Program-made: the position numbers and the translations under genes
Shown here: piece after piece, positions 31,183 to 41,205 of the stretch
How the letters are laid out: each line of letters opens with the position of its first letter
Position numbering within the stretch: the first letter of the stretch is position 1
The notes under the pieces: model-generated
What the model saw: the letters and a program-made list of their open reading frames with translations, nothing else
What the model was told of the DNA's origin: nothing
Databases searched by the model: none
From: an uncultured Acidimicrobiia bacterium
Lineage (GTDB): Bacteria > Actinomycetota > Acidimicrobiia > IMCC26256 > JAENVU01
Reading direction: 5' to 3'
NCBI GenBank assembly: GCA_963765075.1
Contig: CAVXVA010000001.1
Location: 66,051 to 130,050, forward strand
Length of the DNA: 64,000 bases

Positions 31183-31902
31183 CTAGGGACGGCTCCGGCG
31201 CGTGGTCCGCACCGCCCGTCGTCCCGCCGGCCGGTCCATCGCGCGCCACCGGCTGACCGGAGCGTCGCCGTCTCCGGATCCGGGCCGACGATGCCGAGCT
31301 GCGGCCGATGGCGGGCGGGCCGGGAGATCGGCAGTGGCCTGTCTCCACACCAGGAAGAACCGCTGCACCGCGGTCACGGCCATGAGCGCGACCATGATCC
31401 ACAGCACCGGGACCAATACGTCGAACGCGAGGCCGATGCCGAGCATCACCATGCGTTCCGCGCGTTCCATGAGCCCACCGCGGGCGTTGTATCCCAGACC
31501 TTCCGCCTTGGCCCGCTCGTACGAGATCAACATCGCGAGTGCGACCGCGGCCAGCGCGAGAACCGGAAGTCGACCACTGTCGCGGCCGAGGTACCACGCG
31601 ACGCCGCCGAACACGACTGCATCCGAGGCGCGGTCGATGACCGAATCGAAGAACGCGCCGCGCGACGAGACCCGGCCCGAGGTGCGGGCGACGGACCCGT
31701 CGAGCAAGTCGACCAGGCCGCTCAACGTGAGGCCGATGACACCCCACACGAGGTGACCGGACGCGATGAACAGCGCGGTCGCGATCGAGAGCACCAAGCC
31801 CGTGATGGTCAGGACATCGGGGCCGATGCCCAGTGTGAGCAGGCCCCTGCCGATGGGGTTGAGTCCGCGGGTCACAGTGGCGCGCAGACGACCGTCGAGC
31901 AT
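31183..31902 (-). CDS. pgsA: CDP-alcohol phosphatidyltransferase (phosphatidylinositol phosphate synthase PgsA1-like)
   Basis: ORF 31183..31944 trimmed to ATG 31902. The CDP-OH_P_transf motif DLLDGSVAR...GAFFDSVIDRASD is present with multiple TM helices. The Arg-rich last 45 or so codons may not be genuine. Confidence 0.85.
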   Translation of the reverse strand: MLDGRLRATVTRGLNPIGRGLLTLGIGPDVLTITGLVLSIATALFIASGHLVWGVIGLTLSGLVDLLDGSVARTSGRVSSRGAFFDSVIDRASDAVVFGGVAWYLGRDSGRLPVLALAAVALAMLISYERAKAEGLGYNARGGLMERAERMVMLGIGLAFDVLVPVLWIMVALMAVTAVQRFFLVWRQATADLPARPPSAAARHRRPGSGDGDAPVSRWRAMDRPAGRRAVRTTRRSRP

Positions 31903-32248
31903 GTGCGTTCGCACTCCCTCAGATGGTGGCGACGAAGCCGCCACGGTACCACCGGGCCATCACCGAGCCCGGCATGACCACCGCCGCGTGGCCCGGCTCC
32001 GGTCACTCCGACGGTCCATCGGGTCAGGCGCCGAGGCCGCCGACACCGGACGGCGATCCAGAGATGCAGTACCTGACGCGCCGGCGGCCCGTCGATCGGC
32101 GAACACCTGCACGAAGTTGCGGCCCGTTGCGGAAGAAGCGGGGACCAAGGTCCCCCAGAACTCGGTGTGGTCCGAGCCGGGAGCCCGGTACGCTGAAGCT
32201 CAGCCCGGCGACGACACCGTTCACCGCGATGGCGAGCGGTCGCCCGGC

Positions 32249-34143
32249 CTACGCCAGCGTGGTCACGCCGTGGATCGCGGCGAACTGCGTCTTCGGCGTG
32301 GCCTGGTCCACCGCCAGGTACCGCAACGGGCTGTCGAGCGTGGCGGTCGACCGGTTCCGGCGGGCCGGATCCGGCCGGCGACGGGTGCCGAGCAGATCGT
32401 CGTCGACGCCCGACTGCGGAAGACGCGGAGGTCGGCGAACTCGTTCGGTGGCGCGGCGCGGGCGGCACGCACCTGGCGCCCGAAGCCGGCGGCACGCTTC
32501 AGACGAAGCCATGTTCGCCGGAACGCGGATCGGATGACGCTCCGCGACCACTCGAACATCGGGAACGTCTGGCCTCCCGGTACGGTCCTCGCCGGACCGG
32601 TCAGCGAGCGACCATCGACCTTCCACGGAATGGTGATGCCGAGGTGATCGGCCATCGTCGGGAGCACGTCGATGGACTCGGTCGGCGCGGTCGTCGGTGC
32701 CGCCGGTCGTCTGGTCCCGGCGCCTTGATGAAGAGCGGCGTCCAGGCAATATCCGGCATCGAGGCGTCGGTCACTCCCCGGATCGGGCCACCGCCGCGGA
32801 ACGACGACACCGTGATCGGCGGTGCACGACCAAGAGCGTGTCGTCGTAGACCCCCATCGCCGCGAGCTTCGCGACGACCTGACCGATGAACGTGTCGGTG
32901 GCCTGCACCTGCAGCAGATGACGCACACGGGCGAGAGGTCGGCCACCTGCTGGTTGGCCCAGTTCTGACCGTGCAGACCGTTGGTGTGCCCGGGCAGGGC
33001 CGCGTAGTCCTGACCCGTGGGCAGGTAGTGCCACGGGAAATGCGGGCAACAACACGTGGAGGAAGTCGAGTTGCGGTCCCGTGCTCGGGCGCAGCGAGTT
33101 GACGAATCCATTGGCAGTCAGCACCGCTTGCGTGTCTTCTCCGCCGAGTCCGCCGAACCCCGGCGCATCGCGGTTCGCCGGGTCGGCGAAGTCGCCCCAG
33201 ATCGACGGCGACGTCGCGCAACATGCCGCGCACGCCGGGATGTGCGCCGACCGACCGATCTGTGCGGCGGACAGCTGCGAGCGTCGGACACAGCCGGGTC
33301 ACCGATTCGTGAACGTTGAAGCGATAGGTCCGGCCCGAACAGCGTGAACAGGTTCTGTGGATGCTCCGCAGTCACCGGCACCTCTGTCTCCGGCTGCGGG
33401 AGTTGGCCGGTGAGGATCGCCGGCACGCGCGGCTTCGGTGTACGGCGCGACCGTGGTGTCGTTGCGGTACCAGGTGGACGTCGCGAGCCAAGCGCGGCGA
33501 AGTTGGGATAGAGCTGCGCATCGATCTCGCCGTGGCCGTCGAGCAGCGACGTCAGCGGGAACTCGTCCATCACGATCATGACGACGCGATGGGGCGAGCG
33601 CACCGTTACCGCCGCGGCGGCGGGCTGCGAGTCGAACACAACGGTCGACGCCGGTGACGCGAGCAGCAGCAGCGCGGCGAAACCGAACGGGTGCGATCGG
33701 CGAGGTAGCGCAACCACGTGTGGAGTGCAGGCGACCGCGCCAACAGCCCGAACGCACGAGCATGCCGACGGCGATCACCCCGAAGCACGACGAGCGGCAC
33801 CGGCCCGAGTTCGGTCGCGTGTTTCGGTCGCTTCGATCACGATGATCCCGATACCGAACGCGAGCAGCACCGGTGGACGCCGGTCCGCCGGCGCGGGGCC
33901 AGACCACCCACGATGAACTCCACCACGAAGGCCACGATCGCGGGCACCAGGATCACCGACGCTCACGAGCAGCAGGCCGCGGGGCACGGTGGTATTCCAC
34001 GCCACGAACAGGCCCGCGTTCTTGCCGAGCAGGTCGAACGTCGGTTGCGCGATCGCCAGGCCGAACACCCCGACCAACTCGAGGAAGCGGCGCACTTCGA
34101 GGCGCCACGGACCGATTCGAGGTGGCGCCTCAGCCCGCTGCAT
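32249..34143 (-). pseudogene. Membrane-anchored sulfatase / alkaline-phosphatase-superfamily (LtaS-like) gene, shattered by many frame changes
   Basis: Fragments of one protein alternate among all three minus frames. In order they are: MQRAEAPPRIGPWRLEVRRFLELVGVFGLAIAQPTFDLLGKNAGLFVAWNTTVPRGLLLVSV / ILVPAIVAFVVEFIVGGLAP / PPVLLAFGIGIIVIEA / FGFAALLLLASPAS...RVVMIVMDEFPLTSLLDGHGEIDAQLYPNFAAL / STWYRNDTTVAPYTEAA / VPAILTGQLPQPE...NLFTLFGP / LDFLHVLLP / HFPWHYLPTGQDYAALPGHTNGLHGQNWANQQVADLS / DTFIGQVVAKLAAMGVYDDTLLVV / TADHGV / SFRGGGPIRGVTDASMPDIAWTPLFIKAPG / ESIDVLPTMADHLGITIPWKVDGRSL. I count at least 8 frame switches. The ends are approximate. Confidence 0.65.
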
Positions 34144-34204
34144 GAGGCGAGAACGCTACCGGGTCGCCGAACCCCGTCGGCTCGCGACGCCGACGATTGC
34201 TTCG

Positions 34205-34691
34205 CTACGTCCTGCCCGGCATGGCGCCGAGGCCGAACTCGGACCAGTCCTCGGGGTTCGTCCTCGGTGTACTCCCCCATGACCCGACCGTCGACCGCAT
34301 CGCACTCCACCAAGCCGCGCAAGCTCGGCGGCTCGTCGGCGCTGTAGAGCAGGATGCGCCACGCCGGCCGGCTGCGGAGGCCGTACCACGCGAGCTGCGC
34401 CGACGCGTGACCAACCGGGAAGCCGACCGTCCGGCTCGCGATGGCGAGCGCCTCGGTCTCGTTGATGTTCGTCTTCCACCCGGCGATGAAGTGATACCCG
34501 CCGATCGCCGCCAGCAGGATTCCCACGGCCAACAGACCTTTGTTCCCGCTCTGCGCGAACTGGGCCAGGCATCCGGCGGCGATCACGAGATCAATCGTTC
34601 CCGTGATTCGGCGCTTCGAGTTGTCGGGGAAGACGGTGGGTCCGACGAAGTTGGTGACGTCGAGGTCGTCGGGCAGCGCATCACCGATCAT
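34205..34691 (-). pseudogene. Hypothetical two-TM membrane protein; one apparent extra C in a C-run near 34254
   Basis: From ATG 34691 it reads MIGDALPDDLDVTNFVGPTVFPDNSKRRITGTIDLVIAAGCLAQF...LLAVGILLAAIGGYHFIAGW...LLYSADEPPSLRGLVECDAVDGRVMGEYTEDEP. The plausible acidic end EDWSEFGLGAMPGRT-TAG then continues in ORF 34205..34414. No family recognised. Confidence 0.45.
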
Positions 34692-34726
34692 GGGTTCGGA
34701 CACGACACCGACGCTACCCACCGGAA

Positions 34727-35222
34727 TCACGCCAGAGCGGACCGGAGCTTGTCGTAGGACTGGCGGAGGCTCTCGGGCAGCACCCGAGCTTCGGCGACCG
34801 AGGTCATGAAGTTGGTATCGCCGCTCCAGCGCGGCAGCACGTGCACGTGAAGATGACCCGGCACTCCGGCACCGGCCGCTCGGCCGATGTTCGCCCCGAC
34901 GTTGAGCCCCTCCGGCCGGTACACCGCGTTGACCGCCGCGGCCGCCCGTTGCGTCGCGTGCATGAGCGCCGCCCCCTCGTCGGCGTCGAGATCGGTGATG
35001 GAGGCCGCGTGCCGCATCGGCGACACCATCACGTGACCCGAGGTGTACGGATAGGCGTTCATCAACGTGAACGTCGGCTCGGCCCGCTCGAGGATCAAGG
35101 CCTCGGCGTCGTCGCTCATCGCGAGCAATCCGCAGAAGAGGCACCCGTCGGGCCGCGATCGGCGCGTCGATGGTCTCGATGTAGTCCGAGCGCCATCCGG
35201 CCCACAGGCGCGCCAGGCTCAT
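34727..35222 (-). pseudogene. HIT family protein (Rv2613c-like nucleotide phosphorylase/hydrolase); one frame break near 35150
   Basis: ATG 35222 (ATGA overlap with the thrS stop) gives [24 protein letters not shown]. The next frame gives DGCLFCGLLAMSDDAEALILERAEPTFTLMNAYPYTSGHVMVSP...GAGVPGHLHVHVLPRW, which contains the HxHxHxx HIT motif. Junction: GCG GCC [C] GAC GGG. Confidence 0.8.
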
Positions 35223-37214
35223 ACTCGGCGCTCGCGCACCTCGTCGACCACGCGCGCCACGAAGTCTTCGAGCCCCACCCCCCGCTCGGGCGCGTCGGCA
35301 CCGCGCGCGTTGACGCCGACCGTGGTGGCCGCGGCGTCGTCGTCACCGACCACGAGCACCCAGGGAACCTTCTCGGTCTTGGCCCGACGGACCCGGTTGC
35401 CGAGCGTGTCGTTGTGGGCGTCGAGCACCTCGACGCGCAACGTCTCCGAGTGGAGCCGGGCCGCGACTCGCGCCGCGTAGTCGTGGTGACGATCCGCGAC
35501 GGGCAACACCGCCACCTGTATGGGCGCGAGCCAGGCGGGGAACGCACCCGCGTAGTGCTCGAGGAGCACCGCGAAGAATCGTTCGATCGACCCGAACAGC
35601 GCCCGGTGGATCATCACCGGCCGATGCCGTTCGTTGTCGGAGCCGACGTAGTGGAGGTCGAACCGCTGCGGGAGTTGGAAGTCGACCTGGATCGTCGACA
35701 TCTGCCAAGTCCGGCCGATCGCGTCGCGCGCCTGGACCGAGATCTTCGGCCCGTAGAACGCGCCACCGCCCGGGTCCATGACCAGCTCCAACCCGGCGTT
35801 CTCGGCCACGACCCGCAACGCCTCGGTGGCTTCGTCCCACTCCTCGTCGGAACCGACGGCCTTGGCCTCGGGCTTGGTCGAGAGTTCGAGGTAGAAGTCG
35901 GTGAGGCCGTAATCGCGCAGCAACCCGAGGACGAACTCCAGCAAGGACGCCAACTCTTCGGTCACGGCCTCCCTGGTGCAGAAGATGTGGGCGTCGTCCT
36001 GGGTGAATCCGCGTGCACGGGTGAGGCCGTGGACCACGCCGGACTTCTCGTATCGGTACACGGTGCCGAACTCGAAGAGGCGCAGCGGGAGCTCGCGGTA
36101 GGAACGGGTCCGGTTCCGGTAGATCAGGATGTGGAACGGACAGTTCATCGGCTTCAGGTAGTAGTCCGTGCCCGCGTCGAGCTCCATCGGCGGATACATG
36201 CCGTCGGCGAACCACTCGAGGTGGCCGCTCGTCTCGAACAGATGCGACTTCGTGATGTGCGGCGAGTAGACGAACTCGTACCCGCCGGCGACGTGCTGGG
36301 TCGCGGGAGTACTCCTCCATGATGCGCCGGACCGTGCCGCCCTTGGGGTGGAACACTGCGAGGCCGGATCCGACCTCCTCGGGGAACGAGAAGAGATCGA
36401 GTTCGACGCCGAGCTTGCGATGGTCACGCCGTTCGGCTTCTTCGAGCCGGTGGAGGTGCTCCGCGAGCATCTCCTTGCTCTCCCACGCGGTGCCGTAGAT
36501 CCGCTGCAGTTGCGGACGCTTCTCGTCGCCGCGCCAGTACGCGCCGGCGACGCGTGTGAGCTTGAACGCTCCGAGCTTGCCGGTGGCGGGCACGTGCGGA
36601 CCCCGACACAGGTCGACGTAGGCCGTGGAACCGTCGGCGCGAACATTGCGGTACACCCCGACCACACCCTCGCCGATGACTTCACCCGCATCCTCGTCGT
36701 CGGCGGCGCCGCTCGTGACATTCGTGATGATCTCGAGCTTGAACGGCTGGTCGGCGAAGAGTGCCGAACCCTCGGCCGCGGCATGTTCCTCGCGGACGAA
36801 CGACTGGTTCTCCTTGATCAGTTCCCGCATCCGGGCGTCGATCCGTTCGAGGTCCGAGTCGTGGAAGTGGGTGCCGCCGGGGAGTTCGAAGTCGTAGTAG
36901 AAGCCGTCGGCGATGGCCGGACCGATCGCGTACTTGGCTCCCGGAAACAGATCGAACACGGCCTGCGCGAGGAGGTGCGAGGTCGAGTGCCGCAGGATCT
37001 CCCGACCCTCGCCGGTTGCACCGGTGATGATCGCGACCGTGGCGTCCGCGTCGATCGGCCGGTTCAGATCGATCAGGTCGCCGTCGAGGGCGACCGCGAG
37101 TGCGGCCTTGGCGAGACCCCGGCCGATGCTCGCAGCAACCTCACCACCCGTGGTTCCGGCGGGATATTCGCGCTGAGAACCGTCGGGCAACGTGAGCGTG
37201 ATCGGGGTGGACAT
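35219..37214 (-). pseudogene. thrS: Threonine--tRNA ligase ThrS; one apparent 1-nt insertion near 36299
   Basis: ORF 35343..37214 carries the TGS domain, the editing motif HSTSHLLAQA and ...[13 protein letters not shown] 35219..36784 continues with [30 protein letters not shown]...[11 protein letters not shown]...FTQDDAHIF...GAFYGPKI and the anticodon-binding domain. Junction: CGC GAC [C] CAG CAC. Confidence 0.9.
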
Positions 37215-38869
37215 CGTCCCGAGGTTACCGGCGGCCCCTTCCCAGCCTGGGGACGATTCGCCGCCGTATGATCGGCGACCTTCCGACCTCGACTTTTGGA
37301 GATATCCCCATGGCGACCGCCACCGCAGAACTCACCATCACCGCGACCCCCGACGCCGTCTGGACGATCGTGCGCGACTTCCACGGCCTCGGTAGCTGGA
37401 TGCCCGGCATCGACAGCTCGGAGTCCGATGGCGACGACCGCGTGCTCTCGATGATGGGGATGAGCATCCGGGAGCGTCTGGTGAACCTCGACGAGGCGGG
37501 CAAGGCGATCACCTATTCCATCGTCGACGGCGTGCCGATCGAATCCCACGAGGCGACCATCACCGTCCACGACTCCGACGGCGGCTCCCGAGTCACCTGG
37601 GACGTCACCGCCGTTCCCGACGAGATGGCCGGGATGATGCAAGGCATCTACCAGGGCAGCCTCGACGCCCTCAAAGCCAAAGCCGAGGGCTGAAATTTCG
37701 CGGGTGGCGTCGACGCCGATGAGGGCGCAGAGGTCGGCGAGCACGGCGGGCGCCGTCTGATCCGAGCCGCCCGAGAGGATGGCATCGGCGAGTTCACCGA
37801 GGACGTCGATCGCCTTCGGCGCGTCGAGATCATCGTCGATCGCGGCGCGGACCCGCGTTGCGAACGGAACGGGGTCCGGACCGTTCCCACACTGCGCTGC
37901 GGCCACGAGGCGGTGCAAGAGCGCGGTGCCGTCCTGAATGTCGGTGTCGTGCCACTCGAACCCCGAGCGGTAGTGGTGATGCATCAACGCGAGCCGAATG
38001 GCGCGCGGGTCCGCGGTCTGGCGCAGATCGCTGATGAAGACGAGGTTTCCGAGCGACTTGCTCATCTTCTCGCCCTCGTAGGCCACCATCGCCGAGTGCA
38101 ACCAATGCCGCACGAACGGCTGACCGGTCAGGGCCTCGCTCTGGGCGATCTCGCACTCGTGGTGCGGGAAGATCAGGTCGGTGCCGCCGCCGTGCAGGTC
38201 GATCGTCGGGCCCAGTTCCTGCATCGACATCGCGGAACACTCCACGTGCCAACCCGGTCGGCCGACGCCGAACGGCGCTCGCCACGCGGGTTCGTCGGGT
38301 CCGCTCGGTTGCCAGAGCACGAAGTCGAGCGGGCTGCGCCGGTGCGGATCGTCGGGGTTGCCGCCGCGTGCCCGTGCGAGCCGGACCATCTGGTCTTCGG
38401 AGTATTGCGAGAGTTTGCCGAAGTTGGGGAAGCTCGACACGTCGAAGTACGCGGTGCCGTGGGTCAGGTACGCGTGCCCGGAATCCAGGAGGCGCCCGAC
38501 GATCGAGATGATCTCGTCGATGGTTTCGGTCGCTCGCGGTTCGGCGATCGGCGGACGCATTTCCAGCGCCTCCATGTCGGCCCGGAACCGGGTGAGCTCG
38601 GCTTCGGCGAGTTCGAGGTACGGGACCCCCAACTCGCGAGCCTTGGGGAGGATGGAATCGTCGACGTCGGTCACGTTGCGCACCATGTGCACCTCGTGAC
38701 CGAGCTCCTCCAGGCGCCGGATCAGCAGGTCGTAGGTGAGGTACGTGGCCGCGTGACCCAGGTGGGTCGAGTCGTACGGGGTGATCCCACAGACGTACAT
38801 CCGCACCAGGTGATCGGGCTCGAACGGGACCACCGCGCGACGGGCGGTGTCGTAGAGAGAAATCGTCAC
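37073..38869 (-). CDS. mshC: Cysteine:1D-myo-inosityl 2-amino-2-deoxy-alpha-D-glucopyranoside ligase (MshC, CysRS paralogue); no stop where homology ends (about 37705), so the ORF runs on antisense to the SRPBCC gene
   Basis: GTG 38869 lies 4 nt after the upstream stop. Motifs present: MYVCGITPYDSTHLGHAATY, GRPGWHVEC, IFPHHE, KMSKSLGN. Alignment from memory with M. tuberculosis MshC ends at ...ALIGVD (Mtb ...ALLGVDL-stop). The remaining 210 or so codons are the antisense of 37310..37693. Confidence 0.8.
   Translation of the reverse strand: MTISLYDTARRAVVPFEPDHLVRMYVCGITPYDSTHLGHAATYLTYDLLIRRLEELGHEVHMVRNVTDVDDSILPKARELGVPYLELAEAELTRFRADMEALEMRPPIAEPRATETIDEIISIVGRLLDSGHAYLTHGTAYFDVSSFPNFGKLSQYSEDQMVRLARARGGNPDDPHRRSPLDFVLWQPSGPDEPAWRAPFGVGRPGWHVECSAMSMQELGPTIDLHGGGTDLIFPHHECEIAQSEALTGQPFVRHWLHSAMVAYEGEKMSKSLGNLVFISDLRQTADPRAIRLALMHHHYRSGFEWHDTDIQDGTALLHRLVAAAQCGNGPDPVPFATRVRAAIDDDLDAPKAIDVLGELADAILSGGSDQTAPAVLADLCALIGVDATREISALGFGFEGVEAALVDALHHPGHLVGNGGDVPGDSGAAVGVVDGDGRLVGFDRHAVDDGIGDRLARLVEVHQTLPDAHPHHREHAVVAIGLRAVDAGHPATEAVEVAHDRPDGVGGRGDGEFCGGGRHGDISKSRGRKVADHTAANRPQAGKGPPVTSGRCPPRSRSRCPTVLSANIPPEPRVVRLLRASAGVSPRPHSRSPSTAT
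37310..37693 (+). CDS. SRPBCC (polyketide cyclase/START-like) family protein
   Basis: ORF 37268..37693 trimmed to ATG 37310 (GGAGA upstream). It reads ATPDAVWTIVRDFHGLGSWMPGIDSSE...ERLVNLDEAGKAITYSIVDG...HEATITV...GGSRVTW, a typical SRPBCC pattern. Confidence 0.8.
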   Translation: MATATAELTITATPDAVWTIVRDFHGLGSWMPGIDSSESDGDDRVLSMMGMSIRERLVNLDEAGKAITYSIVDGVPIESHEATITVHDSDGGSRVTWDVTAVPDEMAGMMQGIYQGSLDALKAKAEG

Positions 38870-38873
38870 GTGA

Positions 38874-39524
38874 TCAGATACCCGACAGTCGGAGGCCAGC
38901 ACGGACCTTGTGCCGGATGTTGATCGACAGCAACACCGCCGCGAAGGTCTCCATTCCGACCGCGTTCTCGAGCGAGCCCCCGTCGAACGCCCGAAGGTCG
39001 GGGATGGCGCGAATGATCTCCATCAGCGTCGACCGGGCGGTGTCGTCGTTGCCACAGGCGACGACGTCACTCTCCATCTTCTCGTCGAGATTGGCGAACT
39101 CGGCCGCCGGGACGAGGTGAAAGGCGGTCACGACCTCGGAGCGCCACAGCAGCGCCTGCATCTCCTTGGCGATCGAGCCGTGGGGTGGGAGCACCGCATT
39201 GAACTCGGTGCCATTGCGTACGAGGTGGTTCGCCATCGACACCACGATCTTGCCGGCCAACTGATCGGCGAAGTACTTCGCCGTCGCGAGCGCGGCGTCG
39301 GCATGCACCGCCAACACCACCACATCGGCGTCACACGCCGCCTGGTTGTTGGCCGGGGTGATCCGCTGGACACGATCCCCCCACTCCTCGGTGAGCTCGG
39401 TCACGACGTGTTCGGCCTTGACTCGCTCCCGGGAGCCCGCCAGGACGTCGTACCCGACGTCGCTCAACCGGGCTGCCAATCCTCGACCCGCGGGTCCTGT
39501 CGCTCCGAGCACTCCGATTTTCAC
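38874..39524 (-). CDS. npdG: NADPH-dependent F420 reductase
   Basis: 216-aa ORF with a Rossmann N-terminus (MKIGVLGATGPAGRGLAARL) and the NADP_oxidored_F420 pattern (VVVLAV...GKIVV...). Confidence 0.8.
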   Translation of the reverse strand: MKIGVLGATGPAGRGLAARLSDVGYDVLAGSRERVKAEHVVTELTEEWGDRVQRITPANNQAACDADVVVLAVHADAALATAKYFADQLAGKIVVSMANHLVRNGTEFNAVLPPHGSIAKEMQALLWRSEVVTAFHLVPAAEFANLDEKMESDVVACGNDDTARSTLMEIIRAIPDLRAFDGGSLENAVGMETFAAVLLSINIRHKVRAGLRLSGI

Positions 39525-39618
39525 CTGGCGACCCTATTCTCCGACGAGCAGTGCGGGCAGCTTGGCACGCGAACCCCGCCCTGCTGAAAACTGCCGGCTC
39601 ACCCACTCGGAGGCTCGA

Positions 39619-40470
39619 ATGAAGTTCGGAATGATCTTTGCCAACGTCGGACCGTTCGGCCGACCTGACGGCGCGGCCGAACTCGGGCGTATCTGCGAGG
39701 AGACCGGGATCGAGTCGGTCTGGACGGTCGAGCACGTGATCGTGCCGGGTGGCTACGCGTCCGAGTATCCGTACTCCAAGGACGGGAAGATGGCGGGCGG
39801 CGACGACTCCCCCATCCCGGACCCCCTCGTGTGGCTGACCTGGGTCGGCGCCCACACCACCACGTTGCGCCTCGCCACCGGCATCCTGATCCTGCCCCAG
39901 CGCAACCCCGTCGTCTTGGCCAAGGAAGTCGCGACGCTCGACCTCCTCACGGGTGGCCGGGTCACCCTCGGGATCGGCGTGGGCTGGCTCGAGGAGGAGT
40001 TCACCGCGTTGGGCATCCCCTTCGGCGAGCGGGCCGCCCGCACCGACGAACACGTGGCGGTGCTCCGCGCACTCTGGGCCGGTGAGGCGGTCGACTTCGA
40101 CGGCGAGTTCACCACCCTGCGCGCCGCCAACTCATTCCCTCACCCGACCCAGCCCTCGATCCCGATCGTGGTCGGCGGTCACACCAAGGCCGCGGCCCGC
40201 CGCGCCGGGCGGCTCGGCGACGGGTTCTTCCCGGGCAAAGGCGACTGGTCCGAGCTGCAGCCGGTCATGCGCGCGGCGGCCGAGGAAGCTGGTCGTGACC
40301 CCGACGCGATCGAGATCACCCGCGGCGGCGCGATGGACGTCGACGGCATCAAGCGCATGCAGGACGAGGGCTGCGACCGGATCGTCATCCCGCCGCTCGC
40401 GTTCAATCCGGATGGGCTTCGGGATTCGCTGTCTCGGTTTGCCGACGACGTGATCGGCAAGGTCGGGTAG
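39619..40470 (+). CDS. LLM-class F420-dependent oxidoreductase
   Basis: ORF 39346..40470 trimmed to ATG 39619 (GGAGG at 39609). It reads MKFGMIF...ESVWTVEHV...LATGILILPQRNPVVLAKEVATLDLLTGGRVTLGIGVGW, a luciferase-like monooxygenase fold of the F420 subclass. Confidence 0.85.
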   Translation: MKFGMIFANVGPFGRPDGAAELGRICEETGIESVWTVEHVIVPGGYASEYPYSKDGKMAGGDDSPIPDPLVWLTWVGAHTTTLRLATGILILPQRNPVVLAKEVATLDLLTGGRVTLGIGVGWLEEEFTALGIPFGERAARTDEHVAVLRALWAGEAVDFDGEFTTLRAANSFPHPTQPSIPIVVGGHTKAAARRAGRLGDGFFPGKGDWSELQPVMRAAAEEAGRDPDAIEITRGGAMDVDGIKRMQDEGCDRIVIPPLAFNPDGLRDSLSRFADDVIGKVG

Positions 40471-41205
40471 ATGGCTCATCCGCTGTACGACACCATCGGG
40501 ACGAGCTACGCGACCACCCGGCGCCCCGATGCACGCATTGCGGCCCGCATCCACGGGGCACTCGGCGACGCCCGCCGGGTCCTCAATGTCGGCGCGGGCG
40601 CCGGATCCTACGAGCCGACCGACCGCGAGGTCGTCGCGGTCGAACCCTCGGCGGTCATGCTCGCCCAACGCCCCGCCGGGAGTCCGCCGGCCGTACAGGC
40701 CTTCGCGGAGGAACTCCCGTTCGCCGATCGCAGCTTCGACGCGACCATGGCGATCCTGACGATGCACCACTGGCCCAACCAGCGCGCCGGAGTCGACGAG
40801 TTGCGTCGCGTGGCGCCGCGCACCGTCATGTTCACCTTCGACACGGATCTCGTCCCGTGGATCGCGAGCGACTACCTCCCGGCGATCATCGGCCAGGACC
40901 AGTTCATCTTCCCGCCCATCGACGAGGTCGCGTCGTGGCTCGATGCCGACATTCAGATCGCGCCGGTCCCGCGAGACTGCACCGACGGCTTCATGGGCGC
41001 GTACTGGGCTCGCCCCGAGCTGTACCTCGACCCGCAACGCCGCGCCGGCATGTCGGCCATGCGCAAGCTCGATCCCGAGCTGGTGGATGCCGGCATGGCC
41101 CAACTCGCCGCCGACCTCGCATCAGGCGCATGGGACGCCAAGTGGGGCCACCTGCGCGACCTCGACGAACTCGACCTCGGCTACCGACTTCTCGTCAGTC
41201 GCTAG
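40471..41205 (+). CDS. Class I SAM-dependent methyltransferase
   Basis: 244-aa ORF starting directly after the LLM stop. SAM motif I (VLNVGAGAGSY) and FDATMAILTMHHW are present. Confidence 0.85.
   Translation: MAHPLYDTIGTSYATTRRPDARIAARIHGALGDARRVLNVGAGAGSYEPTDREVVAVEPSAVMLAQRPAGSPPAVQAFAEELPFADRSFDATMAILTMHHWPNQRAGVDELRRVAPRTVMFTFDTDLVPWIASDYLPAIIGQDQFIFPPIDEVASWLDADIQIAPVPRDCTDGFMGAYWARPELYLDPQRRAGMSAMRKLDPELVDAGMAQLAADLASGAWDAKWGHLRDLDELDLGYRLLVSR

Noticed and set aside
31923-32537. 204-aa plus-strand ORF and several 60-200-aa minus ORFs in the unassigned 31.9-32.3 kb stretch
   Set aside because: They are Arg/Pro-rich with no motifs and overlap fragments of the decayed sulfatase-like gene. 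They are more likely non-coding or residual pseudogene sequence.
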